DNA of 64,000 nt from Polyangiaceae bacterium (GTDB taxonomy: Bacteria > Myxococcota_A > Polyangia > Polyangiales > Polyangiaceae), in assembly GCA_965222375.1 (NCBI GenBank), contig CBDCTZ010000016.1, forward strand, positions 160,001 to 224,000, in the 5' to 3' direction. The position numbers were made by a program, and so were the translations under genes. How positions within the stretch are numbered: position 1 is the first letter of the stretch; each line of letters opens with the position of its first letter. The notes beneath the pieces are model-generated. The model made no database searches, was not told the DNA's origin, and saw only the letters and a program-made list of their open reading frames with translations. Shown here piece after piece: positions 20,211-34,605 of this stretch.

Positions 20211-21595
20211 CCTTCGCCCTGGCCCTCGTGGCACCTCAGCTCAGTGCGGCCCAGCCTGCTCCCGAGGTGCCAGTCGTCAAGCTTCCCAAGCCGCAGCTCC
20301 CACGCGCCAAGCCCGTGATCACTCCGCCCGCTTCGGCGCGCGCCGTTGCACCTCCGCCCGCATCCGCCAAAGCCGCCGCGCCCGGAGCCGCCTCTGCGCA
20401 AGCACCCCCCGCCGGCGCACGGCTCCCTTCGGGCCATCCCGCAGTCGGCCCGCCCGGAGCCCAACCTCAGCAAGCGGCTCCACCCCGAGACGAGAGCGTC
20501 CCGGATTCGAACATTCCCGCTGGGAGCATCGTGGTCACGCTGGTAGACGCAAAAGGGACCCCACGACCCAACACCGGCGTGCGCTTGGGGATCCTGCGCC
20601 AAACCGTCGCCGAAGGCGAGTCCCGGCAGTTCCAGGACAAACGCACCGACTCGGAGGGCATGGTCACTTTCAGCGAGCTGAAAACGGATTCCGCCTTCAG
20701 CTACCGAGTCAGCGTGACCCACGACGCAGCCAAGTACGCCGCTCCCCCTTTCAACCTCAAATCAGGGGCGGGACAGCGGGTGAAGATGCACGTCTTTCCC
20801 GTCACCCGTGACATCAACAAAGCCGTCGTTGGCGGGCGCGGGATCATCGTCACGGAAATGCGGGACGACGTATTCCAATTCGAAGTCATGTTTCGAGTGT
20901 TCAACATGGGACGCGTCACCTGGGTGCCGGAGAACATCACCTTCACGCTGCCAGACGGCGCCAAGGGATTCGTCGCCAACGAGACCATGAGCGATGCGCG
21001 AGTCGCGATGGCAGACGAGCGCTCCGTGGAACTTCTCGGAACGTATCAACCTGGCCAACACGACGTCACCTTCCGCTTCCAGGTTCCCAACGACCAAACC
21101 GAGACGGCAAACTTCGAAATCGGACTGCCACCGCATATGGCAGAGATCCGCGTCATGGCCCCCGCCGCCAGGGACATGTCGCTGTCCGTTGCCGGCTTCG
21201 ACGCGGCGCAGAAGAACACGGGACCAACCGGACAACGGCTGCTGGTCACATCTCGTCAGCTTCGCCCTGGCGAACCCGAAATGAACTCCGTCAGCATTCA
21301 GCTCAGCGGGATCCCGATCCTCGGTCCAGGTCGCTGGATCGCAGTCGCTCTCGCAGCTTGCTTTGCCCTGCTCGGACTCTGGTCCGCCTCCCGGACAGGT
21401 GCGGGCTTCGTCGCCCCAACGGATGACCTGAAGCGGGCTCGTCGGCGCCTCCTGGACGAGCTGGTCCAGTTAGAAAAGGCGCGCGCAGCCGGCAACATCG
21501 GGCCAAAAACCTACCGGAACACAAAAAAGATCCTGATGGACGCTTTGGGACGGGTTGAAGCGGAAAACCGCAATTTGAAGGTGGCGCGAGCCTGA
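20186..21595 (+). CDS. Secreted/membrane protein with carboxypeptidase-regulatory-like domain
   Basis: Signal peptide from ATG 20186, Pro-rich linker with LPSGHP, TDSEG.VTF, C-terminal TM and helical tail. Confidence 0.7.
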   Translation: MRRTLRRLTFALALVAPQLSAAQPAPEVPVVKLPKPQLPRAKPVITPPASARAVAPPPASAKAAAPGAASAQAPPAGARLPSGHPAVGPPGAQPQQAAPPRDESVPDSNIPAGSIVVTLVDAKGTPRPNTGVRLGILRQTVAEGESRQFQDKRTDSEGMVTFSELKTDSAFSYRVSVTHDAAKYAAPPFNLKSGAGQRVKMHVFPVTRDINKAVVGGRGIIVTEMRDDVFQFEVMFRVFNMGRVTWVPENITFTLPDGAKGFVANETMSDARVAMADERSVELLGTYQPGQHDVTFRFQVPNDQTETANFEIGLPPHMAEIRVMAPAARDMSLSVAGFDAAQKNTGPTGQRLLVTSRQLRPGEPEMNSVSIQLSGIPILGPGRWIAVALAACFALLGLWSASRTGAGFVAPTDDLKRARRRLLDELVQLEKARAAGNIGPKTYRNTKKILMDALGRVEAENRNLKVARA

Positions 21596-21599
21596 TTCG

Positions 21600-21870
21600 T
21601 AGGCTTTCGGGACCCCGGTGGCCTTTTCCACAGCCTGGGGAAAAACCGGGGAAAACCCTGCGGAAGACCTTGGTACTGTCGTTGGGTATCCTACATTGCA
21701 GCACACAATCCCCAGCCCTTGCGGTGCTTTCGACACCACGCGTCAACATGGCGAGCGACGCAATTACGGCGTAATTTCAGGCACTTGAGTCATTATCCCC
21801 AGCGTCCACAGGCCCTACGTCTACGACGATCATTTATTTAAATAGATCTTAGAAGAGAAGAAGAGCCCTA
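21600..21870 (+). other. Putative chromosomal replication origin (oriC)
   Basis: DnaA-box-like 9-mers TTTTCCACA 21624, TGGGGAAAA 21636, CGGGGAAAA 21647, TTATCCCCA 21793 and GCGTCCACA 21802; then GGCCC, TAC/GAC/GAT triplets and the AT tract ATTTATTTAAATAGAT, directly upstream of dnaN. Confidence 0.8.
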
Positions 21871-21934
21871 CCTGGCTTGGGGATACTTCTGGGCTCTGGC
21901 GTCGCCGCCTCGACCCGGCTAAGCAGCGAGCGCC

Positions 21935-23089
21935 ATGCAGGTCATCGTTAGCAAAAAGGACCTGGTTCGTCTGCTTCAGCGCTGCCAAGGGGTTGCGGAC
22001 AAAAAGAGCACCATGCCCGTCCTGGGCAACGTGCTGCTCGAGGTTTCCGGTCCCGATCAGTTGCGCCTTGCCGCGACGGATCTGTACCTGGCTGTCAGCG
22101 GTTCGATCAAAGCGAAAGTAGACAAGGGCGGCTCCATTGCCGTGGGTGCACGCGACCTGTTCGAGCGAATCAAGATGATGCCGGACGGTGAAATCGGGAT
22201 TTCGTCCAACGACACTGCACAGACCACCGTTCGCTCCGTCGGAGGCGCAAGGCGCTACACGCTGCATGGGATCCCGGGAGAGGATTTTCCGTCCCTTCCC
22301 AAGTTGGAGGATGGCACGACGACTCACGCTTTGGACGTCGATGTACTCTCGCAGTTGATCACCCGGACCCACTTCTCGATTTCCAACGACGAAACCCGCC
22401 TGCATTTGAACAGCGCGCTTTTCGAGTGGGATAGCGATCGCGTCCGCATGGTCACCACGGATGGGCATCGACTCTGCAAGATGGATTTCACCGTGGGTGG
22501 TGCTCGAGCATCCACCAATATGTTGATCCCCCTCAAGGGCATCCAAGAGTTGCGTCGGCTTTGCGACGAGGCCCTCAGCGATGCTGCGAGGGCTAGCGAC
22601 GAAGCGGAGAGCCGAACCCTGACCATGGGTCAAACGGGTCCCAACGCTTTTTTCCAAATCGGCGGTTTGCACTTCAGCGTGAAGCTCGTCGACGCTCAAT
22701 TTCCGCCCTACGACCAGGTCATTCCGGACACCACGGAGCGTGCGATTCGGATCCCACGCGGCCAGATGGCGGAGGCTCTCAAAGCCGTCTCCCTGGCTGC
22801 TAGTGACCGCACCGGTGGCGTCAAGCTCACGATCTTCGAAGGCAAGGTTCGTTTCGAAAGCGAGAGCCCGGAGAGTGGTGAGGGTTTCGACGAGATCAGC
22901 GTGGACTACGACGGACCCAACGTGACCGTCGGCTTCAATGCGCGGTACTTCCTCGACGTGCTCTCCGCCATGGACGAGGACGAGGTCATCCTCGGGATCA
23001 GCGGAGACTTGGATCCTGCGGTTCTGCGCCCCGGCACAGAGAGTGCGAAGGCAAGCTACTTGGCAGTCGTGATGCCGATGCGCATCTGA
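21935..23089 (+). CDS. dnaN: DNA polymerase III beta clamp
   Basis: KKSTMPVLGNVLL, ATDL, VTTDGHRL, FPPY, GFNARY, VVMPMRI. Confidence 0.97.
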   Translation: MQVIVSKKDLVRLLQRCQGVADKKSTMPVLGNVLLEVSGPDQLRLAATDLYLAVSGSIKAKVDKGGSIAVGARDLFERIKMMPDGEIGISSNDTAQTTVRSVGGARRYTLHGIPGEDFPSLPKLEDGTTTHALDVDVLSQLITRTHFSISNDETRLHLNSALFEWDSDRVRMVTTDGHRLCKMDFTVGGARASTNMLIPLKGIQELRRLCDEALSDAARASDEAESRTLTMGQTGPNAFFQIGGLHFSVKLVDAQFPPYDQVIPDTTERAIRIPRGQMAEALKAVSLAASDRTGGVKLTIFEGKVRFESESPESGEGFDEISVDYDGPNVTVGFNARYFLDVLSAMDEDEVILGISGDLDPAVLRPGTESAKASYLAVVMPMRI

Positions 23090-23092
23090 TCC

Positions 23093-24214
23093 GTGACCCA
23101 AACCCTAAGCTTCGAACGGGTTGACGTTTCGGGGTTCCGCAACCTGAAGCGGGTTTCCTTCGAGCCCGTGGCGCGCCTCAATGTCATTGCGGGGGACAAT
23201 GGCCAGGGCAAGACGAGTCTGATCGAAGCACTGTACGTCGTCGCGACCAGCAAGAGTTTTCGCGCTGAGCGCAGCGATGACATGGTCTGCGACGAGCTCG
23301 ATGAGGCTCTGATCATCGCGAAGTTGCGCGAGGGGCAGCTGCTTCGGGAGCAACGCGCGCTCCTCTCGCGCCAAGGCCGTGCTTTTCGCCTGAACGGCAA
23401 ACGCCCCAAGAACCTGGCCCTCTACGCCACGCAGACTCCGGTGGTCGTCTTTCACCCTGGGGACCTCAGCTTGGTCGCCGGCGCCGCGCAGGGTCGCAGG
23501 ACGCTGCTGGATCGAGTCTCGCTCTTCTTCGAGCCCGCGAGCGCCAACCACCGCACCCGCTATCAACGCGCACTACGCAGCCGCCAGCGGGCCCTGGAGG
23601 AACGAGGCGCGCGCGCACCGGAGCTGGACGCCCTCGAGGCCATCCTCGCCGAACACGGCTCACAGCTCTGTGCAGCGCGTGAACGTACGGCTCAGCGATT
23701 GATAGAGGCGCTCCACCCGGCCTTCGCGCGCATGGCTCCGCCAGAGCTTCAGCTGGCCGCAGAGCTGGTTGCCCAAGGCACCACGGACCGGGATGAGTTC
23801 TTGGCAAAACTCGTCCAAGTCCGGGGAGACGACCTGAAGCGTGGTCGCGCGACCTTTGGACCTCAGCGTGATGATCTCCAGCTGTCCATTGCGGGGCGGT
23901 CAGCGAGACAGCACGCTTCTCAGGGTCAGCAGCGGATCTTGACGCTATCTCTCAAGCTCGCGGAGCTCGTCTGTTTGAGAGAAGCGCGGGGTGCACATCC
24001 CGTGCTGCTGCTCGATGACGTCTCGAGTGAGTTGGACCCGACCCGCACGGGCGCCGTGTATCAACTGCTGGAAGGCTCCGCGAGCCAAGTCTTCGTCACC
24101 ACCACCCGCCCGGAACTGTTCACGACGCCAGATTTGGCCCCGGACGAGCGGGCTGATTTCACGCTTCGAGATGGCGTCGTGACCCGGGAGTCCGCTTTCT
24201 CCGTGGGGTCCTGA
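23093..24214 (+). CDS. recF: DNA replication/repair protein RecF
   Basis: FRNL, GDNGQGKTS, GPQRDDL, ASQGQQR, LLLDDVSSELD. Confidence 0.96.
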   Translation: MTQTLSFERVDVSGFRNLKRVSFEPVARLNVIAGDNGQGKTSLIEALYVVATSKSFRAERSDDMVCDELDEALIIAKLREGQLLREQRALLSRQGRAFRLNGKRPKNLALYATQTPVVVFHPGDLSLVAGAAQGRRTLLDRVSLFFEPASANHRTRYQRALRSRQRALEERGARAPELDALEAILAEHGSQLCAARERTAQRLIEALHPAFARMAPPELQLAAELVAQGTTDRDEFLAKLVQVRGDDLKRGRATFGPQRDDLQLSIAGRSARQHASQGQQRILTLSLKLAELVCLREARGAHPVLLLDDVSSELDPTRTGAVYQLLEGSASQVFVTTTRPELFTTPDLAPDERADFTLRDGVVTRESAFSVGS

Positions 24215-24240
24215 AAAGGGCTCACAAAAGGGCTCACAAA
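24214..24240. repeat. 12-bp tandem repeat AAAAGGGCTCAC x2
   Basis: Exact copies at 24214-24225 and 24226-24237. Confidence 0.8.
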
Positions 24241-24325
24241 AAGCCCCGGTTTAGGCCGCGAAATCCGAGCCAAATTCGACCCCTCCGGAAAGAGTAAATA
24301 GAGGCGTTTTGATGCGGGCCTGTGC

Positions 24326-28673
<4,348 letters not shown>

Positions 28674-29074
28674 GCCAAGGACTAGACAGCGCCGATGCGG
28701 CTGCTCGCTTGACTGCAAGGAAGGGCATGGTGCGGGTCGAGGGCAAAGCAGGTACGCTCCGCCGAGTTTCGGTTCACCGCGGCGCTTGCTTGGAGCCCAG
28801 ACCAGCACTTGGTCCGGCATGAGGTTTGGGGGTCGCAGCCCTTTCCCGAGAAGGAGCACTACTCTCGACCTGATGCACGCGAGGCGACCGTCGCGGATAA
28901 GTGTCTGAAATTACGTCGCTTATCCGAAAGCACATGCATTTTCGGTTGCGCAGCCCTTGCGTGCTATCCTAGTTCCGCCGGGTCGCCAGCAGGTGGTGCG
29001 GCGCTCGGTAAATTTCTTTCACGTGTCCGGGACCATGCTTTGAATCCCGCGGCTCAAAAAAACGACTTTCAGAG

Positions 29075-29731
29075 GTGATGACAATGGCGAAGTCCTATCG
29101 ATTCGTGACGGCTATGGGTGCGCTGGCAGCGCTGGCTTTGGCGATTCCTGCTTGCGGCAGTGATGACGACGACAGCGGCTCCGGTGGCGGTACGGCCACG
29201 GGCGGAACTGCAGGTACTGGAGGCGGCGCGACCGGCGGCGCTGGTGGTGCCTCGGGTGGTGCTGGTGGTGCAACCGGTGGCGCTGGTGGCGCAACGGGCG
29301 GCGCTGGTGGTGCGGTTACGTGCGGCGGCGCAAGCTGCTCCGCGTACAACGTCGGTGGGCTCTTGCCGGTCGCCGCGTGCTGCAGCACGAACGACAAGTG
29401 CGGCGCCGAGGTCGATGCAACCATCGCTGGCCTGTTGGGCGGCATCCCCACGGGTTGCTACGAGGCCGAGCAGACCGGCGACGTGGATTGCGCTTGTCCA
29501 GGCTATACGTTCAAGAACCCGCTACCGCCAATGGACGACATCACCTTCCCGGGCTGCTGCACGCCGGCAGGTAAGTGTGGATACTTCATGGACATCTCTA
29601 GTCAGCAAGGACCCAACATCGGCTGTCAAGAAGCGACGTGGGGCGACGGTATGGGTAAGACCTGCACCGCTGGCAGTCCCGACCTCTCGTGTCTGGGCGA
29701 CGGTGGCGCGTCCGACGCCGCCGCCGACTGA
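29075..29731 (+). CDS. Cys-rich lipoprotein, paralog 1 of 3
   Basis: Lipobox IPAC, GGATGGA linker, conserved Cys domain. Confidence 0.85.
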   Translation: MMTMAKSYRFVTAMGALAALALAIPACGSDDDDSGSGGGTATGGTAGTGGGATGGAGGASGGAGGATGGAGGATGGAGGAVTCGGASCSAYNVGGLLPVAACCSTNDKCGAEVDATIAGLLGGIPTGCYEAEQTGDVDCACPGYTFKNPLPPMDDITFPGCCTPAGKCGYFMDISSQQGPNIGCQEATWGDGMGKTCTAGSPDLSCLGDGGASDAAAD

Positions 29732-29757
29732 TCCTCCGGGATTGGCCAGAAAGCGGG

Positions 29758-29789
29758 CGAAGCCGCGTTCCTTCGGGGGCGCGGCTTCG
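29758..29789 (+). terminator. 14-bp stem with cUUCGg tetraloop (terminator-like or mRNA-stabilising hairpin; no U tail)
   Basis: CGAAGCCGCGTTCC-TTCG-GGGGCGCGGCTTCG, fully paired including two G-U pairs. Confidence 0.6.
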
Positions 29790-29915
29790 ACGCGTTTGGG
29801 TGCCGAGGTCGCGACGCTGCGTAGACAGCACTTCCATGTCGGATGTCAGTTCCTGGGGGCCGCATGCTCGACCTGTTGGGTGTGGCGGTGCATGCTTTGA
29901 AGCGCAGGCCGCAAG

Positions 29916-30689
29916 ATGAAAACCCCCTATTGGATTGTGTTCACAGTGCTTGCCACCAGTTGCGGGGGGAGCGTAGCCGAGGAGGGTAGTGGTGGTTCAG
30001 CCGCTACTGGTGGCGGGGGCGCGGCGGGCGGCATTGGCGCGACGGGCGGCATTGGTGCAACAGGTGGCATCGGCGCGACAGGTGGCATTGGTGCAACAGG
30101 TGGCGGGGGAGCGACGGGCGGCATTGGTGCAACAGGTGGCATCGGCGCGACAGGTGGCATTGGTGCAACAGGTGGCGGGGGCGCGACGGGCGGCATTGGT
30201 GCAACAGGTGGCATTGGTGCAACAGGTGGCATTGGTGCAACAGGCGGCATGGGCGCGACGGGCGGCATCGGCGCGACGGGTGGCACTGGTGGGACCGGTG
30301 GCGGTGGTCTGTCCTGCAACTCCGTAGCATGTCCGAAGTTCGTGATCGCCGGTTTGCTCAACGTCCCAGCGTGTTGCAGCAAAGGGGATAAGTGCGGCTC
30401 CGAGTTCGATGCGACGATCTCTGGGCTGCTTGGCGGCCAGGTGCCACCGGGGTGCTATGAGCTCCAACAGCCCGGAGCTCTCAACTGTGATTGCCCCGAC
30501 TACACCTTCAAGAGCCCCTTGCCCCCGAACGACACGGTCGCATTTCCCGGCTGCTGCACGCCGACCGGGAGGTGTGGCTACGTGATCGACATCGCAACCC
30601 AGGGGGGCCCAACGATTGGGTGCCAGGTGGCGAACTGGGGAAGTGGCCAGGGGAAGTTGTGCAAGCCCGGTCCGGGCCAAGGTTGCTGA
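29916..30689 (+). CDS. Cys-rich lipoprotein, paralog 2 of 3
   Basis: Lipobox ATSC, GGIGAT repeat linker, same Cys domain. Confidence 0.85.
   Translation: MKTPYWIVFTVLATSCGGSVAEEGSGGSAATGGGGAAGGIGATGGIGATGGIGATGGIGATGGGGATGGIGATGGIGATGGIGATGGGGATGGIGATGGIGATGGIGATGGMGATGGIGATGGTGGTGGGGLSCNSVACPKFVIAGLLNVPACCSKGDKCGSEFDATISGLLGGQVPPGCYELQQPGALNCDCPDYTFKSPLPPNDTVAFPGCCTPTGRCGYVIDIATQGGPTIGCQVANWGSGQGKLCKPGPGQGC
30026..30290 (+). repeat. 18-bp coding tandem repeat (GG[IGM]GAT) about 14 units
   Basis: Repeated GGCATTGGTGCAACAGGT and variants, including a higher-order 72-bp period. Confidence 0.85.
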
Positions 30690-30865
30690 ACGGAATACCG
30701 GCGCCAATCGCGATTTCGCCGATCACCCTCTAGCGGAGCCGCGCCCCGGCGGCTCGGCGCCTCGCGGCTCCCGCCCCCAGGTCGATGCCGACGGCCCGAA
30801 GCGGAAAGCTCGTTCCTGGACCCCAGGGCACGCATCTCGTAGGCTTCGCCCCGGAGGTGCTTGGG

Positions 30866-31639
30866 ATGCGGGGCATGCTGACGATGTTGGGTGCAGTGGC
30901 GGTGGTGCCGCTGATGATAGTGGCTTGCGGTGGTGACTCGGACGATGACGGGAGCGGTGGTTCCGGCGGATCGCTCTTGGGTGGCGCGGCTGGCATGTCC
31001 GGCAGTGGCGGCGGTGGCACCGGCGGCACGGCTGGCGGCAGCGGCGGCACGGCTGGCGGCAGCGGCGGCAGCGGTGGCGTGATCAACAACGAGTGCAGTC
31101 CGATCCCCTCCAAGACACCGGCTACGGACGGTGGCGCCTCCGATGCGGGAGGCACAGACGCCAGCGCCGACGCTGGAAGCAGCGATGCGAGCACGAGTGA
31201 CGCTGCGGTCACGGATGCCGGTCCCGGCCCGGACTCGGGCGCGGGCGATTCGGGTACCGGTGGCGCACCGGGTGACGGTGGTGCACCGACGATTCAATGT
31301 GGAGCGCAGTCCTGCACGGGTCTGAGCATCGCCGGAAACGTCATCAACCCCTGCTGCACCGTTGACGGCTGCGGTATGGATCTGCCCCAGTCCGTTGCCG
31401 GCCTGATCGGCATGGCGCCAGGCTGCTACGGAGTTGGTCAGGCGGGCGGCGCAGACGCGACATGTCCAATGTTCTCGGTTGCCAACCCCCTCGGCGGTGG
31501 GAACATCGACTTCCCTGGCTGCTGCCAGCCCGATGGCGAATGCGGCTTCGTCATCGATACGTCTGGTTTTGGTGGCCCCAATCTCGGTTGCGTTTCCCAG
31601 GAGTGCAACGGCGGTCCCGCCAAGACCTGCACGCCCTGA
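30866..31639 (+). CDS. Cys-rich lipoprotein, paralog 3 of 3
   Basis: GGAGG RBS, ATG 30866, lipobox IVAC, Gly and DAG linkers, same Cys domain. Confidence 0.85.
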   Translation: MRGMLTMLGAVAVVPLMIVACGGDSDDDGSGGSGGSLLGGAAGMSGSGGGGTGGTAGGSGGTAGGSGGSGGVINNECSPIPSKTPATDGGASDAGGTDASADAGSSDASTSDAAVTDAGPGPDSGAGDSGTGGAPGDGGAPTIQCGAQSCTGLSIAGNVINPCCTVDGCGMDLPQSVAGLIGMAPGCYGVGQAGGADATCPMFSVANPLGGGNIDFPGCCQPDGECGFVIDTSGFGGPNLGCVSQECNGGPAKTCTP

Positions 31640-31746
31640 TCCGCGCCTCCGGCGCTCGTTCCTACAACTGGCCCCAGGGACGTTTGCCCCTGCGGGTCGG
31701 GGACCCGCACGGGCCGCGACGGCCCAGTCCCCCCAACCTCCAGGGG

Positions 31747-31774
31747 TTGAAACCGGCGCCAATGGATTTACCTT
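31747..31774 (+). promoter_or_regulatory. Putative heat-shock-type promoter of clpB (TTGAAA-N16-TACCTT)
   Basis: TTGAAA matches the sigma32-type -35; about 100 bp upstream of clpB. Confidence 0.4.
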
Positions 31775-31872
31775 GTTTGGTACCGGCGCAAAGTTCGTGC
31801 CCGGCAGTTGCGACCGAATAGGCTCGGGTCAACTGCCGCAGGACGTTGGTACGCGCTCGCAAGGGGACTGTC

Positions 31873-34521
31873 ATGCGTATGGATCGACTCACCACCAAAA
31901 GCCAAGAAGCTCTCCGCAGCGCCGTCGATGACGCGGTCCGGCGCGGCAATCCGGAAGTCATCCCGGAGCACATCTTAGTTGCGGTCCTGACCCAGAGTGA
32001 GGGTGTCGGTGCCCCCTTGGTCGAAAAGGCCGGTGCCAATGCCACCAAGCTCTCCGCGGCCCTGGAAGAGCGTGTGGCTGGCCTGCCCCAGGTGTCTGGC
32101 GGCGGGGAGCCGAACTTCGGTCGTCGTGCCGTGCCGTTGCTCAGGCAGGCTGAAGAGGAGGCAAAGAGCCTCAAGGACGACTTCGTTTCCGTCGAGCACT
32201 TCCTGCTCGCTGCCGCCAAGCACGACAAGGATGCCCAAGCGGTTTTCGATCGTCACGGCTTGTCCTACGACAAGCTGATGCACGCCCTGGCCGAGATCCG
32301 GGGTAGCCAGCGGGTCACGGACCAAAACCCCGAAGGCAAATTCCAGGCGCTGGAAAAGTACACTCGGGATCTCACCACCGCCGCCCGCCGCGGCAAGATC
32401 GACCCGGTGATCGGCCGTGACGAAGAAATCCGCCGCGTGCTGCAAGTGCTTTCCCGCCGCACCAAGAACAATCCGGTGCTGATCGGCGAGCCAGGTGTCG
32501 GCAAGACGGCCATCGCTGAAGGCATCGCCCATCGCATTGCGAGCGGCGACGTTCCGGAGTCGGTCAAGGACAAGCGGATCTTGGCTCTCGATCTCGCCAG
32601 CATGGTCGCGGGGAGCAAGTTCCGTGGCGAGTTCGAAGATCGGTTGAAAGCAGTCCTCAAGGAAGTCGAGGACAGCCAAGGCGCCGTCATTCTGTTCATC
32701 GACGAGCTGCACACCCTGGTTGGCGCGGGTGCGGCCGAGGGCGCTATGGACGCAGCGAATATGCTCAAGCCAGCCCTCGCGCGCGGCGAGCTCCGCGTCA
32801 TCGGTGCAACCACTCTGGACGAGTATCGCAAGCACATCGAAAAGGACGCCGCCCTGGAGCGCCGCTTTTCCCCAGTCATGGTCACTCAGCCGACTGTCGA
32901 GGATACGGTCGCGATCTTGCGGGGGCTCAAAGAGCGCTACGAGACGCACCACGGCATCCACATCCAAGATGCCGCGCTGGTGGCGGCCTCGGTGCTATCG
33001 AACCGCTACATCACGGATCGCTTCCTGCCGGACAAAGCCATCGATCTGGTGGATGAAGCCGCCAGCAAGATCAAGATGGAGATCGACAGCATGCCGCTCG
33101 AGATCGATCAGGTTGACCGCAGGCTGCTGCAGCTCAAGATCGAAGAGCAGGCTCTCACCAAGGAAAAGGACAAACACAGCAAGGCCCGGCTGATCGAGCT
33201 GAAAAAGGAGATGAGCGAGTTGTCGTCCGAGCGCGACGCCATGCGCGCTCAGTGGCTCAAGGAGAAAGAGATCATCTCGGGCGTGCGCGACAAGCAGCGC
33301 GAGCTGGAAGAGCTGCGCGTGAACGAAGAGCAGGCTCGTCGCGAGGGCGACTTGGGTCGCGCTGCCGAGATCCAGTACGGCAAAGCGCCTGCGCTGGAAA
33401 AGGACATCGAGGGCCTGCGCCAGGAACTCACGCGAGTGCAGGAAGCGGGCTCGTACCTTCGAGAGGAAGTCACTGACGAGGACATCGCTCAGATCATCAG
33501 CAAGTGGACCGGTGTGCCCGTGTCCAAGATGCTGGAGAGCGAAATGCAGAAGCTGCTCCACATGGAGCAGAACATGAAGCTGCGCGTCGTGGGCCAGGAC
33601 GACTCGCTGATCGCCGTTGCCAACGCGGTGCGGCGCTCCCGCGCGGGTCTCGGCGACACTCAACGCCCGATTGGCTCATTCCTGTTCCTCGGACCCACGG
33701 GAGTTGGCAAGACCGAGACCGCGAAAGCTTTGGCCGAGTTCTTGTTCGATGACGAGCGCGCCATGATCCGCGTGGACATGAGCGAGTACATGGAGCGCCA
33801 TGCCGTCTCGCGACTGATCGGCGCCCCCCCGGGCTATGTCGGCTACGACGAGGGCGGGCAGCTCACGGAGCCCGTGCGGCGCCGTCCCTACAGTGTCGTG
33901 CTCTTCGACGAAGTGGAAAAGGCGCACCCGGACGTGTTCAACACGCTGCTCCAACTTCTGGATGACGGCCGGTTGACCGATGGCCAGGGGCGCACCGTCG
34001 ACTTCAAGAACACGGTGATTATCCTTACGAGCAACATCGCTACGGATGAGCTCGCCAGCATCGAGGAACGCAACAATCTCGAAGACGAGGACAAGGTGGA
34101 GCTTCTGAAGCGCAAGGCCATGGAGTCCCTGCGCGGCCACTTCCGCCCTGAGTTCATCAACCGCCTCGACGAGATCGTGGTGTACCGCCGCCTGGGTCGC
34201 GATCAGATCCGCAACATCGTCGAGATTCAGCTGCGGCAGCTCGCCGACCGCCTCACTTCTCGGGACATCACTCTGAGTGTGACCAGTGACGGCAAAGACT
34301 TCCTGGCAGAGGTAGGCTTCGACCCGCAGTTCGGTGCTCGACCTCTCAAGCGTGCGATCCAGAAACATCTGGAAGACGCCCTGGCCCAGCAGCTCCTCTC
34401 TGGAGATCTGGTGCCGGGGCAACGGGTGGAAGTGGATCGCGGTCCCGACGGCCTGACGATTCGAGCCCAGGCACCCTTCGCGGCATCCGAGGCCCCCCCA
34501 CGGCCCACCGCCGAGGCCTGA
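31873..34521 (+). CDS. clpB: ATP-dependent disaggregase ClpB
   Basis: Two AAA+ modules ([16 protein letters not shown]), M-domain coiled coil, [16 protein letters not shown]. Confidence 0.97.
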   Translation: MRMDRLTTKSQEALRSAVDDAVRRGNPEVIPEHILVAVLTQSEGVGAPLVEKAGANATKLSAALEERVAGLPQVSGGGEPNFGRRAVPLLRQAEEEAKSLKDDFVSVEHFLLAAAKHDKDAQAVFDRHGLSYDKLMHALAEIRGSQRVTDQNPEGKFQALEKYTRDLTTAARRGKIDPVIGRDEEIRRVLQVLSRRTKNNPVLIGEPGVGKTAIAEGIAHRIASGDVPESVKDKRILALDLASMVAGSKFRGEFEDRLKAVLKEVEDSQGAVILFIDELHTLVGAGAAEGAMDAANMLKPALARGELRVIGATTLDEYRKHIEKDAALERRFSPVMVTQPTVEDTVAILRGLKERYETHHGIHIQDAALVAASVLSNRYITDRFLPDKAIDLVDEAASKIKMEIDSMPLEIDQVDRRLLQLKIEEQALTKEKDKHSKARLIELKKEMSELSSERDAMRAQWLKEKEIISGVRDKQRELEELRVNEEQARREGDLGRAAEIQYGKAPALEKDIEGLRQELTRVQEAGSYLREEVTDEDIAQIISKWTGVPVSKMLESEMQKLLHMEQNMKLRVVGQDDSLIAVANAVRRSRAGLGDTQRPIGSFLFLGPTGVGKTETAKALAEFLFDDERAMIRVDMSEYMERHAVSRLIGAPPGYVGYDEGGQLTEPVRRRPYSVVLFDEVEKAHPDVFNTLLQLLDDGRLTDGQGRTVDFKNTVIILTSNIATDELASIEERNNLEDEDKVELLKRKAMESLRGHFRPEFINRLDEIVVYRRLGRDQIRNIVEIQLRQLADRLTSRDITLSVTSDGKDFLAEVGFDPQFGARPLKRAIQKHLEDALAQQLLSGDLVPGQRVEVDRGPDGLTIRAQAPFAASEAPPRPTAEA

Positions 34522-34605
34522 TCGCCGTCATCCAGAGCTGCGGATCCCAGGTCACCCGGGGCTCAAGGACCGCGTCATTCGGCCGTTCAATTCTCTACAC
34601 GGCCA

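Noticed and set aside
29990..30300. Regular repeats as a possible CRISPR array
   Set aside because: No unique spacers; the units are in-frame Gly-rich codons; no cas genes.
32290..32330. Internal start giving a short ClpB isoform as in E. coli
   Set aside because: The equivalent Val codon is GTC and there is no clear Shine-Dalgarno sequence.
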